Shown here: piece after piece, positions 1 to 8,251 of the stretch
How positions within the stretch are numbered: position 1 is the first letter of the stretch
Layout of the letters: the number at the start of each line of letters is the position of its first letter
NCBI GenBank assembly: GCA_964450845.1
Contig: CAYVGZ010000022.1
Location: 1-16,499 of the forward strand
Direction of reading: 5' to 3'
DNA: 16,499 nucleotides
From: an uncultured Candidatus Bathyarchaeia archaeon
GTDB taxonomy: Archaea > Thermoproteota > Bathyarchaeia > Bathyarchaeales > Bathycorpusculaceae
The notes under the pieces: generated by a model
The model's database searches: none
What the model saw: only the letters and a program-made list of their open reading frames with translations
What the model was told of the DNA's origin: nothing
Position numbers and translations under genes: made by a program

Positions 1-205
1 GATTTGCACAGCAGAAGCCAGAGCCAGCAATCTTCATTTCCACAGTCTTCCGAACGGCTTCATCATCAATCTTTTTGGTTCCATACAAGGCTTCATGCAA
101 AGGGCAATATTCAACTGTAGGCTCGGTTAGAACCTCTACGCCTTTTTCTGAAATTCGAACGCGGGCTCCACAACAGTAAATTTCATGTTCACCCTTAACG
201 CGCAT
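1..205 (-). CDS. DUF2099 / methanogenesis marker protein 8-like, N-terminal part (runs off window edge; not in ORF track)
   Basis: Manual translation from ATG at 205: MRVKGEHEIYCCGARVRISEKGVEVLTEPTVEYCPLHEALYGTKKIDDEAVRKTVEMKIAGSGFCCAN, open to the window edge. The H-E..G-ARV-I....V..EP.VEYCPL...I....V....E..I...G.C pattern matches my recollection of DUF2099 N-termini. Confidence 0.7.
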   Translation of the reverse strand, partial: MRVKGEHEIYCCGARVRISEKGVEVLTEPTVEYCPLHEALYGTKKIDDEAVRKTVEMKIAGSGFCCAN

Positions 206-240
206 AGGCTGAACTCTCGCATAGAAAAAGGACGATGAAA

Positions 241-534
241 CTATTTTTGCTGTTCCTTATTCACCATCTCGTTAATTTGCTGTTCCATCATGTGTCCACG
301 ACAATGAACTAAGACTTTCTTGACGCCAACAACCTTCATAGCCGCATTTTTAACGTCCATGGCTAACTTGAAGGCAATGGGACAGAAGGGACTGGAAGGA
401 ATAAAGTCGACCTTAACTACGCCCTCTTCTTCTTTAACATTGGTAATCATTTTCATCTCACCGAAGGTCAAACCAGTCTCAGGGTCAACAACTTTCTCAA
501 CAGCTTCACGAACTTTGTCTTCTAACTCCGTCAA
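241..534 (-). CDS. DUF59 / MIP18 / SufT-like Fe-S cluster assembly or metal-sulfur protein
   Basis: 97 aa, TTG start. VREAVEKVVDPETG N-terminus and PSSPFCP motif with the conserved Cys. Confidence 0.85.
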   Translation of the reverse strand: MTELEDKVREAVEKVVDPETGLTFGEMKMITNVKEEEGVVKVDFIPSSPFCPIAFKLAMDVKNAAMKVVGVKKVLVHCRGHMMEQQINEMVNKEQQK

Positions 535-610
535 ACCCTTTACACATCCACTTTTCTTCCACGAATAAGCGCAGATGCAACATATAAACTATTACCATAA
601 TGCCACAAGT

Positions 611-2131
611 TTACTTATTTTTTTTAAGATACATGCGCCAGCTTAAAGCCATGGTTCTCGGATGTGAAGTCTTCACTTCGTCCAGCCGCGAAATAGCAGT
701 ATTATGCGGTGCTTTCAAAACCATTTCTGGGTTTCTGTAGGCTTCTTCGCAAGTTTTTCTCATAGCCTCAGCGAAGCGATCAAGTTCCTCCTTCTCAAAA
801 GTTTCCGTAGGTTCAATCATCAACGCCTCTTCGACAATGAGCGGAAAATAAATTGTCGGAGCATGCAATCCATAATCGAGCAAACGCTTAGCAATGTTTA
901 AGGCTGAAACGCCAGTCTCGTTTTTTAAAGGTTTTGCGCTGAAAACGCATTCGTGTTTTCTTGGTTTTTCACAGTTATACGGAAGCGTCAAACCCTTAAT
1001 TCCTCTAAGCTTTTTCATTAGATAATTCGCATTCAAAGCAGAAACTTCAGCCGCTTCCTTTAATCCTTCAAAGCCCAAACTCAAAATGTAAGCATAAGCC
1101 TTCAACAAAACCGCAGTGTTCCCATAAAAACTCCGAATTTTTCCAATACTATGCGGTCTATCATAGTCTAAGCGGTAACGTGCACCATCAAAAACTATGC
1201 GAGGAACAGGCAAAAACTTGGCTAATTCTTCAGAAACACCAACTGGTCCAGCTCCAGGACCGCCTCCGCCGTGAGGCGTGCTGAGAGTTTTGTGGATGTT
1301 TATGTGGACTATGTCGAAGCCCATGTCGCCTGGTCTAGCCTTGCCCAATATGGGATTCAAGTTTGCTCCGTCATAATAGAGTAATCCACCAGCCTCATGG
1401 ATGATTCTTGCTATTTCGTCAATGTTTCTTTCGAAAATGCCCAAAGTGTTTGGGTTGGTAAGCATTAACCCAGCTGTTCGTTCAGAAGCGGTAGCCTTTA
1501 AAGCTCCTAAACTAACACAGCCTTCATCGTCAGATGGAACAACCACAACGTTGAATCCAGCCATGGCTGCGCTTGCTGGGTTTGTGCCATGGGCTGAATC
1601 TGGAATAATGACCTCGCTTCGCCTTTCGCCCTTTCCGTTAAACTTGTGATATGCTCTCATCAGCAAAGTTCCCAAGAACTCGCCGTGAGCCCCAGCAGCA
1701 GGGTGCAAACAAACCTCATGAGTGCCCGTTATTTCAGCAAGCCAACGCTCAAGCCTATAAAGAATCTCAAGAATGCCCTGCACAGTGCTCTCATCTTGAT
1801 AAGGGTGAAGCATGCCCATGGTTGGCATACTTGCGAGCTGTTCGTTTATTTTTGGGTTATACTTCATTGTGCAGCTTCCAAGCGGATACAAACCAGAATC
1901 AACTCCATAATTCATTTCCGACAAACGCATAAAATGGCGGACAACTTCAACCTCTGAAAGCTCCGGAAGCCTAAACTGGCTTGTACGACGCATGTTTTTT
2001 GGTATGACGGTGCTCAGAACTCCAACTGCATTTTTAACTTCTTCTTCCACTTTGGGCAGAACGTGTCCTCTCCGCCCATTTCTTCCAAGGTCAAAAATTA
2101 CCGGCTCATTCCAGTTTGCTTGCTTAAACAT
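611..2131 (-). CDS. gcvPB: Glycine dehydrogenase (decarboxylating) subunit 2, glycine cleavage P protein beta
   Basis: YPLGSCTMKYNP, PAAGAHGE, PDSAHGTNPASA and the PLP-lysine motif NIHKTLSTPHGGGGPG. Start moved from 2152 to ATG 2131 (MFKQANWNEP), which follows GGAAGGTGA overlapping the gcvPA stop. Confidence 0.95.
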   Translation of the reverse strand: MFKQANWNEPVIFDLGRNGRRGHVLPKVEEEVKNAVGVLSTVIPKNMRRTSQFRLPELSEVEVVRHFMRLSEMNYGVDSGLYPLGSCTMKYNPKINEQLASMPTMGMLHPYQDESTVQGILEILYRLERWLAEITGTHEVCLHPAAGAHGEFLGTLLMRAYHKFNGKGERRSEVIIPDSAHGTNPASAAMAGFNVVVVPSDDEGCVSLGALKATASERTAGLMLTNPNTLGIFERNIDEIARIIHEAGGLLYYDGANLNPILGKARPGDMGFDIVHINIHKTLSTPHGGGGPGAGPVGVSEELAKFLPVPRIVFDGARYRLDYDRPHSIGKIRSFYGNTAVLLKAYAYILSLGFEGLKEAAEVSALNANYLMKKLRGIKGLTLPYNCEKPRKHECVFSAKPLKNETGVSALNIAKRLLDYGLHAPTIYFPLIVEEALMIEPTETFEKEELDRFAEAMRKTCEEAYRNPEMVLKAPHNTAISRLDEVKTSHPRTMALSWRMYLKKNK

Positions 2132-2138
2132 TCCATCT

Positions 2139-3545
2139 TCACCTTCCAGCAAGAAGCTTTTTTAAAACCTCTGCCAAACGTTCAATTTCCTCCTTGGAAT
2201 GGACCTCGGTTACACAGTAGATGGCTGTTTCGCCTAGCTCTGGAAACTCTTTTGAAATATCTTTTCCGCCATGAATTTTATGCTGCAAAAGTTTTTTGTG
2301 AACTTCTTTAACGCTTATTTCAGCATCGTCAAAATTAACTGTGAATTCTTTGAAGTGCGCTGATTTGAAAATTGGTGTCTTTACGCCATCTATTTCAGAA
2401 ATTAGGCGCATAGCATAATTAGCTTTGTACATTATTGTTTCGCCAAGCTCCCGTAGACCTTGAGGACCGAGCAAAGCCATGTAAACGGCAGAAGCAACAG
2501 CACATAAGGCTTCATTGGAACAAATGTTAGACGTAGCCTTCTCACGCCTAATATGCTGCTCTCGCGTTTGCAAAGCCATACAAAAACCTTGCCCACTACC
2601 ATCCATGGTTGTTGTTAATCCAATTATGCGACCTGGCATCTGCCTAATCAAATTCATGTCATCACGACAAGCAAATATGCCCAAAAGCGGACCACCAAAA
2701 TTCATAGCGTTTCCAAGAGGCTGAGCCTCACCAATCACAATATCCGCGTCATACTCGCCTGGCGGTTTCAAAATTCCCAACGAAGTCGGGTCAACGCCTA
2801 CTATGAAAAGTGCGCCGCGTGTATGTGCTTCTTTAGCGATTTCGTCAATCTGCGTTTCAATAAAGCCTAAATAGTGTGGATTTTCAATGTAGACAGCTGC
2901 TGTTTTGTCAGAAATTTTGCTCTTTAAGTCTTCGAGGTTAATTTGTCCAGTTTCTTCGTTATAGGCTAATTGCTGGATTCTTATTCCAGCTGATTCACCA
3001 TAAACTTGCAAGGTTGCAGCTCTTTCCGGATGGATAATTCTAGGAATTAAGACTTCGCTTCTTCCCGTTATGCGGACTGCCATACGAGCGGCTTCGCCTA
3101 AAGCTGAAGCCCAATCATACATTGAAGAGTTGGCAACATCCATTCCCGTTAACTCGCAAATCATACTTTGATACTCAAAAAGGGCTTGAAGCATGCCCTG
3201 CGAAATTTCAGGCTGATAGGGCGTGTAGGCTGTAAGGAATTCGCTGCGTTGCACAATTTCTTTTACAACTGCTGGCACATAATGGGGCCAGCATCCAGCG
3301 CCTAGAAACGTTGGTATATCGCTATTTGTCTTGTTTTTTGAAAGTAAAGTTTCAATGTGTCTCTTAACTTCAAACTCTGGCAAAGCCTCTGGAAGATTCA
3401 AGGGTTTTTTTAAACGGTATTTTTTGGGAATATCTGCGTATAGTTCATCAATGTTTTTTATGCCTATTTCCTGCATCATTTCTTTTTTGATTTCTGGCTG
3501 AGAATTTGGTATGTAAGGGTGATTATGTCTGTCCAATGGTTTCAC
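2139..3545 (-). CDS. gcvPA: Glycine dehydrogenase (decarboxylating) subunit 1, glycine cleavage P protein alpha
   Basis: FLGAG, SEFLTAYTPYQPEISQGMLQALFEYQ, ANSSMYD, QTREQHIRREKATSNICSN. GTG start. Confidence 0.95.
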   Translation of the reverse strand: MKPLDRHNHPYIPNSQPEIKKEMMQEIGIKNIDELYADIPKKYRLKKPLNLPEALPEFEVKRHIETLLSKNKTNSDIPTFLGAGCWPHYVPAVVKEIVQRSEFLTAYTPYQPEISQGMLQALFEYQSMICELTGMDVANSSMYDWASALGEAARMAVRITGRSEVLIPRIIHPERAATLQVYGESAGIRIQQLAYNEETGQINLEDLKSKISDKTAAVYIENPHYLGFIETQIDEIAKEAHTRGALFIVGVDPTSLGILKPPGEYDADIVIGEAQPLGNAMNFGGPLLGIFACRDDMNLIRQMPGRIIGLTTTMDGSGQGFCMALQTREQHIRREKATSNICSNEALCAVASAVYMALLGPQGLRELGETIMYKANYAMRLISEIDGVKTPIFKSAHFKEFTVNFDDAEISVKEVHKKLLQHKIHGGKDISKEFPELGETAIYCVTEVHSKEEIERLAEVLKKLLAGR

Positions 3546-3611
3546 CGTTAAGAATCTAACCTAGATTACAATGGCTTCTTTAAGCTTTTTAAATTACTTT
3601 GACTATTAAAG

Positions 3612-4124
3612 CTAATATTGTATTCCTTTTGTTGTAACCATTTCCTTTGGGTATTTAACGTCTACAATTTCGTTTACAAATTCTGCCCTGTCTATGAGTT
3701 CTTTTGGGGCGAATCTTCCAGTTAAGACAACGTCAGTTTTCTTTGGAATCCTACCAAGAAATTTTAGAACTTCTTTTATATCTAGAAGCTTGCAATGTAA
3801 AGCCAAATTAATCTCGTCCAAAACGAGCAGATGAGGCTTTTTCTCTTTCACAATTTTTTCAGCAAATCTTAATCCCTTATAAGCTAGTTTTTTATCTTCT
3901 TCACCCAAATTGCTCAGTCCATGCCATCCTTTCCTGCCAAATTGATAAATTTCATAGTAGGGTGCCAGCATCTTGCGAATCTTGTATTCGCCAGTATTTT
4001 TCCACCATTTTAAGAACTGGATTACAATGACTTTTCGTTTATGCCCCACTGAACGCAGTGCCAAGCCCAAGGCATTCGCAGTCTTTCCTGCCCCAGTTCC
4101 AGTGTAGAGATAAATTTTGCCCAT
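3612..4124 (-). CDS. cobO: ATP:cob(I)alamin / cob(I)yrinic acid a,c-diamide adenosyltransferase (CobA/CobO/BtuR family)
   Basis: YTGTGAGKT P-loop, ALGLALR, VIQFLK, LVLDEIN, VVLTGR, C-terminal KGIQY. Confidence 0.88.
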   Translation of the reverse strand: MGKIYLYTGTGAGKTANALGLALRSVGHKRKVIVIQFLKWWKNTGEYKIRKMLAPYYEIYQFGRKGWHGLSNLGEEDKKLAYKGLRFAEKIVKEKKPHLLVLDEINLALHCKLLDIKEVLKFLGRIPKKTDVVLTGRFAPKELIDRAEFVNEIVDVKYPKEMVTTKGIQY

Positions 4125-4266
4125 TTAACCCCTTCTTTTCCAATGTTTCCTTCTATGTTCGATCAACCCTATTATAAGTTTTAGATAGAATTAAAGCAGA
4201 AAATGAGCTCTTTTTTCGGCATCTGCAAATGATATTTTGGTGATTAACGATTCTAAAAATGGGAGA

Positions 4267-4297
4267 GAAAAAAAGTTGTCTAAGAAATGGTTCTTAG
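4267..4297 (-). terminator. Hairpin plus U-tract downstream of the surface-protein gene
   Basis: CTAAGAA(4280-4286)-ATGG-TTCTTAG(4291-4297) perfect 7-bp inverted repeat, 30 nt past the stop at 4327, followed on the minus strand by ACAAC and a T7 run. Confidence 0.5.
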
Positions 4298-4326
4298 AGC
4301 AGTTATTGCCTAGCACTGACTTGTTT

Positions 4327-5505
4327 TTAATGCTTGTTTGCTTTGCGTCTTTTCAGAAGCAGTGCCGCCGACATAGTTGATCCACCTGCACCGATGCCTG
4401 CAAGTGCTGCCGCAATCGGTATGCCAAGCGTAGTGGTTTGTGTTGGCGGTAAAGACGTAGTGATGTTTCCTAGGTCTGTTTTGATTGTGGCAATGTCCCC
4501 TTCTATGGAAACTAAGGTTCCTTGAATGTCGCCTAATGTGGTAGTAATGTTCACTATGTTTCCCTGAATGCTCGTAATATTCAGTTTAATACCTTCAAGG
4601 CTCGTTTTTATTATGCCTATGTCGGTTTGGATTATTGCAACTGTTTCATTCAATGCTTCCAATTTAGCGTTGATTTGGCTTAAGGTGACTTGTATTTCTC
4701 CTATGTTAGTTTCGATCGTTACCAGCGTGCCATTGATACTTTGCAGAGTAGCGTTTATGGCACTTATGTCTATTTGAATAGAACCTATATCCGTCTTGAT
4801 TGTGGCAATGTCTTCTTGAATTGAAACTATAGTTCCGTTGATGTCGCCTATGGTGGAGCTTATGATTGCAATGTTTCCTTCAATGCTTGTTAACCTCAGT
4901 TCAATGCTGTCTATGTCAGCCTTAATGATTCCCACATCTGTCTCAATGATGGCTATGCTTCCATTTATGTCAACCAACTTTGCGTTAATGTCTTCCAAAG
5001 ACGCTTTTATTGTTCCAATGTCCGTTTCTATGGTTGCTAGGTTCCCTCGTATGTCAATTATCCAAGCGTTCCAGTTTGTCAGCGTCTGACTTAATAAGAA
5101 GCTTTTGAGGGTAGTTCCTTTAAGTGTACAGTGGCTTGCGTTAACAGCCAGCGCATAGGTGCCTGCAAGAGCTTCCATCGGTATAGAATATTGCACCATG
5201 TAGAGCCCTGTGGCAACATATTGCACAGAGGCACTCAAGTTTGCAAGCAAGGTTCCGTTATAGTATAACATGGCGCTGATTTCTGCGTCGATAGGTTTGC
5301 CCAAGTAGGATACCAATATGTAGAATTCCGCCATTTCTCCCCTGAAATGTATTGAACCAACGTCTGCTTCAACATCTAATGGAGTCGTTACCGTGCCACA
5401 TGCAGATGCTCTGGAAATGTTGAAAACTGCTGATTGAAGGAGGAATATTGTGCATGCTAAAACCATCATAGAAAGATATGTTTTCCTATACTTTATTGTA
5501 GCCAT
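4327..5505 (-). CDS. Secreted, C-terminally membrane-anchored surface protein: signal peptide, beta-rich domain, Ile-heptad coiled-coil stalk, TM helix, basic tail
   Basis: Start reassigned from 5745 to ATG 5505 (GAGGAG 5' of it), giving MATIKYRK + hydrophobic core + ASA/C. About 200 aa of heptad repeats, terminal hydrophobic helix followed by KRRK, many N-x-S/T sequons. Confidence 0.8.
   Translation of the reverse strand: MATIKYRKTYLSMMVLACTIFLLQSAVFNISRASACGTVTTPLDVEADVGSIHFRGEMAEFYILVSYLGKPIDAEISAMLYYNGTLLANLSASVQYVATGLYMVQYSIPMEALAGTYALAVNASHCTLKGTTLKSFLLSQTLTNWNAWIIDIRGNLATIETDIGTIKASLEDINAKLVDINGSIAIIETDVGIIKADIDSIELRLTSIEGNIAIISSTIGDINGTIVSIQEDIATIKTDIGSIQIDISAINATLQSINGTLVTIETNIGEIQVTLSQINAKLEALNETVAIIQTDIGIIKTSLEGIKLNITSIQGNIVNITTTLGDIQGTLVSIEGDIATIKTDLGNITTSLPPTQTTTLGIPIAAALAGIGAGGSTMSAALLLKRRKANKH
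4447..5052 (-). repeat. Intragenic tandem repeat of 28/21-aa units (order 28,28,21,28,28,28,21,20)
   Basis: Units align as IxGNIAxIxTDIGxIKxxLxxINxxLxx. DNA 17-mer TTGATTGTGGCAATGTC occurs at 4481-4497 and 4796-4812 (offset 315 nt = 105 aa). Confidence 0.85.
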
Positions 5506-5745
5506 ATAACCTTTCTCCTCGTTCTTTCTGACACATAATTTGTCCTGTGGACACCATTTAACCAATATTTCGAATTCAACACTATTACGTGCAACAAAGT
5601 CGAAAATTATAGATGCGGTTGAGTCGTTTAGCGTCAGCAGTTTAGCTTTATCTAGTAAGTGAAACATGAATGCGAGGATTTTAATTGTTAAAAAACAAGG
5701 CTTTAATAGGATCATGCCTTCATGTTTTCCTTGGAGAATCAGCAA

Positions 5746-6156
5746 ATGAAATATGACTATGAGGAGTTGTTAAGGAGGGCACGTTCCCAAATTCCAGACG
5801 TCTCTTCGAAGCATGAAAGGCTAGAACTGCCTAGGTTACATCAGTCAGTTATTGGTATGCGTACAATAATCTACAATTTCAAGGAAATCGCCGACGCCTT
5901 AAACCGCGACCCACAACATCTATTAAAGTATTTAACGCGTGAAATGGCAACAGCAGCAACCATGCAAGAATCGAGGGTTATTTTTCAAGGAAAATTTTCG
6001 CAAGAAACTTTGGGAAGACTCATACAGAGGTATATGGAAAACTTTGTTTTATGCCCAGTTTGCAAGCTTCCAGACACAAAGATTGCAAAGGAGAAACGCC
6101 TATCATTTCTAATATGCGAGGCATGTGGAGCAAAATCCTCTGTGCCACAACTCTGA
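5746..6156 (+). CDS. eif2b: Translation initiation factor 2 subunit beta (aIF-2beta)
   Basis: YEELLRRA N-terminus, LNRDPQHLLKYL, C-terminal CPVC...PDT...CEACGA zinc ribbon. ATG 5746 preferred over 5722 (GGAGA 5' of it, CTTTAATA at 5701-5708). Confidence 0.95.
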   Translation: MKYDYEELLRRARSQIPDVSSKHERLELPRLHQSVIGMRTIIYNFKEIADALNRDPQHLLKYLTREMATAATMQESRVIFQGKFSQETLGRLIQRYMENFVLCPVCKLPDTKIAKEKRLSFLICEACGAKSSVPQL

Positions 6157-6174
6157 TGAATGAGTGTCTAAAAA

Positions 6175-6471
6175 TTGGAAGTCTACGTGAATCTTAGAAA
6201 GATTGGAAACAATGTGCTTTTAGCTATATGCGACACTGAAATTCTCGGCAAAACCCTGCGGGAAGGTAAAATAGTTTTCAATGTAAAAGAAGAGTTCTAC
6301 AAAGGCGCAAGAGCAGCTGTTGAAGAAGCCGTAGATATGATTGCAAACTCCACGATAGTGAACATGGTAGGCAAAAACATAGTCAAAAAAGCAATAGAAA
6401 AGGGGTATGTGCACCCGGAAGCAGTATTAAGCATAGAAGGCGTACCGCACGCTCAAATAGTGAAAATTTGA
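6175..6471 (+). CDS. DUF424 family protein
   Basis: LLAICD.EILGK...EG...V.EEFYKG, TIVNMVG, GVPHAQIV; typical archaeal DUF424 pattern. Confidence 0.85.
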   Translation: MEVYVNLRKIGNNVLLAICDTEILGKTLREGKIVFNVKEEFYKGARAAVEEAVDMIANSTIVNMVGKNIVKKAIEKGYVHPEAVLSIEGVPHAQIVKI

Positions 6472-6504
6472 AGCTGAAGCACGTAAAGGAATAAGCATAC
6501 TTTT

Positions 6505-6525
6505 AAAGAAGATATATACTTCTTT
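6505..6525 (+). promoter_or_regulatory. TATA-like element flanked by a 7-bp inverted repeat upstream of aIF-1A
   Basis: AAAGAAG-ATATATA-CTTCTTT, ending 27 nt before the TTG start; GAGGTG SD at 6541-6546. Confidence 0.5.
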
Positions 6526-6551
6526 TAGAGAGATATGTTTGAGGTGCTTGA

Positions 6552-6857
6552 TTGGGTAAAAAGAAGGTGCTAAGCGAAGGAGAATTAAGCGAGATGATGC
6601 TCCCATCCGCAAACGATGTTTTAGGCATAGCTGTTAAGCTGCTTGGTTATGACCGTGTTCTAGTCAAGTGTCAAGATGGACATGAACGTTTATGCCGCAT
6701 ACGCGGTAAGATGAAACGACGAGTTTGGATACGTCAAGGAGATGTTGTCGTTGTTTCTCCTTGGGATTTCCAAACTGACAAGCGTGGCGATTTGATTTGG
6801 CGTTATACAAAAGCCCAAGCGGACACGCTCCGCAAAAAGGGCTACTTAACCATCTAA
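6552..6857 (+). CDS. eif1a: Translation initiation factor 1A (aIF-1A)
   Basis: LLGYDRVLVKCQDG..RLCRIRGKMKRRVWIRQGDVV.V.PWDFQ. TTG start with SD GAGGTG. Confidence 0.96.
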   Translation: MGKKKVLSEGELSEMMLPSANDVLGIAVKLLGYDRVLVKCQDGHERLCRIRGKMKRRVWIRQGDVVVVSPWDFQTDKRGDLIWRYTKAQADTLRKKGYLTI

Positions 6858-6885
6858 ATTATTATTTATAAATGGAGAATCGCTT

Positions 6886-7683
6886 GTGTCTTTTCGGAAG
6901 CACGTTGACAAAAAACTTTACAAAAAGGAAACAGAATACGAAACTGAACAGTTGATGAAGGAAAAGCGAAGCGAAGAATATGAGGCTTTGGAAGAGGTTT
7001 TCGACCGCTCAACCCTCATGGTAATCTACGATTTTTTGAACAAAGGCACAATAAACGAGATTCACGGTGTTGTTAAGGCTGGAAAAGAATCACGGATTTA
7101 CTGGGGAAAAAACGAACAAGGAAACGAGTTGGCAATAAAAATTTATTTGACTGTTTCAGCAGAGTTCCGCAAGGGCATGCTTAAATACATAGAAAACGAC
7201 CCAAGATTCAAGGGCTTAAGACACGACACACGCTCACTAATCTTTGCATGGGCTCAAAAAGAATTCAAAAACCTAGAACAAGCAACAGCCGCAAAAGTGA
7301 GAGTGCCAAAACCCATAGCTGTGAAAAACAACGTGCTCATAATGGAGTTCATCGGAAAAAACGGCGTGAGTGCCCCCTCGATGAAGGAGCAAGTGCCAAA
7401 AAATCCTGAAAAAACCTACGAAACCCTACTGACCTATTTGAAGAAGCTTTACATTAAAGCCGAACTTGTCCACGGAGACGTGAGCGAATACAATGTCATG
7501 ATTTGGAAAAGCCATCCAGTACTCTTCGACATATCGCAGGCTGTTCCGCTTTCGCATCCTATGGCAAGTTTCCTTTTGCAAAGAGATTTAATAAACGTGA
7601 ACAGATTTTTTAGCAGGTTAGGCGTTAACGTTCTACCCATTGAAGAATGCTATAAGAAGGTGACAGGTCATGGCAAGGGCTAG
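6886..7683 (+). CDS. rio1: RIO1-type serine/threonine kinase/ATPase (40S/30S maturation)
   Basis: GKES.IY, AIKIY, WAQKEFKNL, LIMEFIG, HGDVSEYN catalytic loop, FDISQ. Lies between aIF-1A and the KH protein. Confidence 0.93.
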   Translation: MSFRKHVDKKLYKKETEYETEQLMKEKRSEEYEALEEVFDRSTLMVIYDFLNKGTINEIHGVVKAGKESRIYWGKNEQGNELAIKIYLTVSAEFRKGMLKYIENDPRFKGLRHDTRSLIFAWAQKEFKNLEQATAAKVRVPKPIAVKNNVLIMEFIGKNGVSAPSMKEQVPKNPEKTYETLLTYLKKLYIKAELVHGDVSEYNVMIWKSHPVLFDISQAVPLSHPMASFLLQRDLINVNRFFSRLGVNVLPIEECYKKVTGHGKG

Positions 7684-8251
7684 CACATTTCTAAGAATCC
7701 CAAAAGAGCGAGTAGGAGTTTTGATAGGGCCTGAAGGAAAAACCAAGAAGGGCATCGAAGAAAAGCTTTCGGTTGAGCTTCAAATAGACAGTGAAACGGG
7801 TGGTGTTACTGTTATGCTGGCTGAAAAGGCTGAAGACCCTTCTCTGCTTTTTAGGGTAAAAGATGTCGTAACAGCCGTTGGAAGAGGCTTTTCTCCAGAA
7901 CATGCTTTCCGCTTAATCCGCGATGAAGAAGCTATGCTAGATGTTATTGATTTGCGTCTTATTTTTGGAAAGTCTGAATCTGATATTAGACGCGTTAAAG
8001 GGCGAATAATTGGGATGAATGGTAAAACCCGCAGAATAATAGAGGAATTAACGGACACTAATGTGGCTGTTTATGGACACACAATAGGCATTATTGGAAA
8101 TATTGAACAGGCTCAAGCGGCAAGAGAAGCAATTCAAATGCTGATTAATGGAAGCCTGCACAGCGCAGTCTACAGGTTTCTACACAGAAAACGGAGAGAA
8201 CTTAAAAAGAAGATGTTGGAACTTTGGGAAAAACCTCCAGAAGAAAAGTAG
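7670..8251 (+). CDS. KH-domain pre-rRNA processing protein (Dim2/Pno1 type)
   Basis: IPKERVGVLIGPEG, AVGRGFSPE, RVKGRIIGMNGKTRRIIEELT, GSLHSAVYRFL. Overlaps the rio1 stop. Confidence 0.92.
   Translation: MARASTFLRIPKERVGVLIGPEGKTKKGIEEKLSVELQIDSETGGVTVMLAEKAEDPSLLFRVKDVVTAVGRGFSPEHAFRLIRDEEAMLDVIDLRLIFGKSESDIRRVKGRIIGMNGKTRRIIEELTDTNVAVYGHTIGIIGNIEQAQAAREAIQMLINGSLHSAVYRFLHRKRRELKKKMLELWEKPPEEK

Noticed and set aside
5541-5553. TGTCC-TGT-GGACA inverted repeat upstream of the surface protein
   Set aside because: 5-bp arms are within chance expectation, with no second copy.
5506-5745. 80-aa N-terminal extension of the surface protein
   Set aside because: It buries the signal peptide, overlaps the divergent aIF-2beta promoter region, and ATG 5505 has a good SD.
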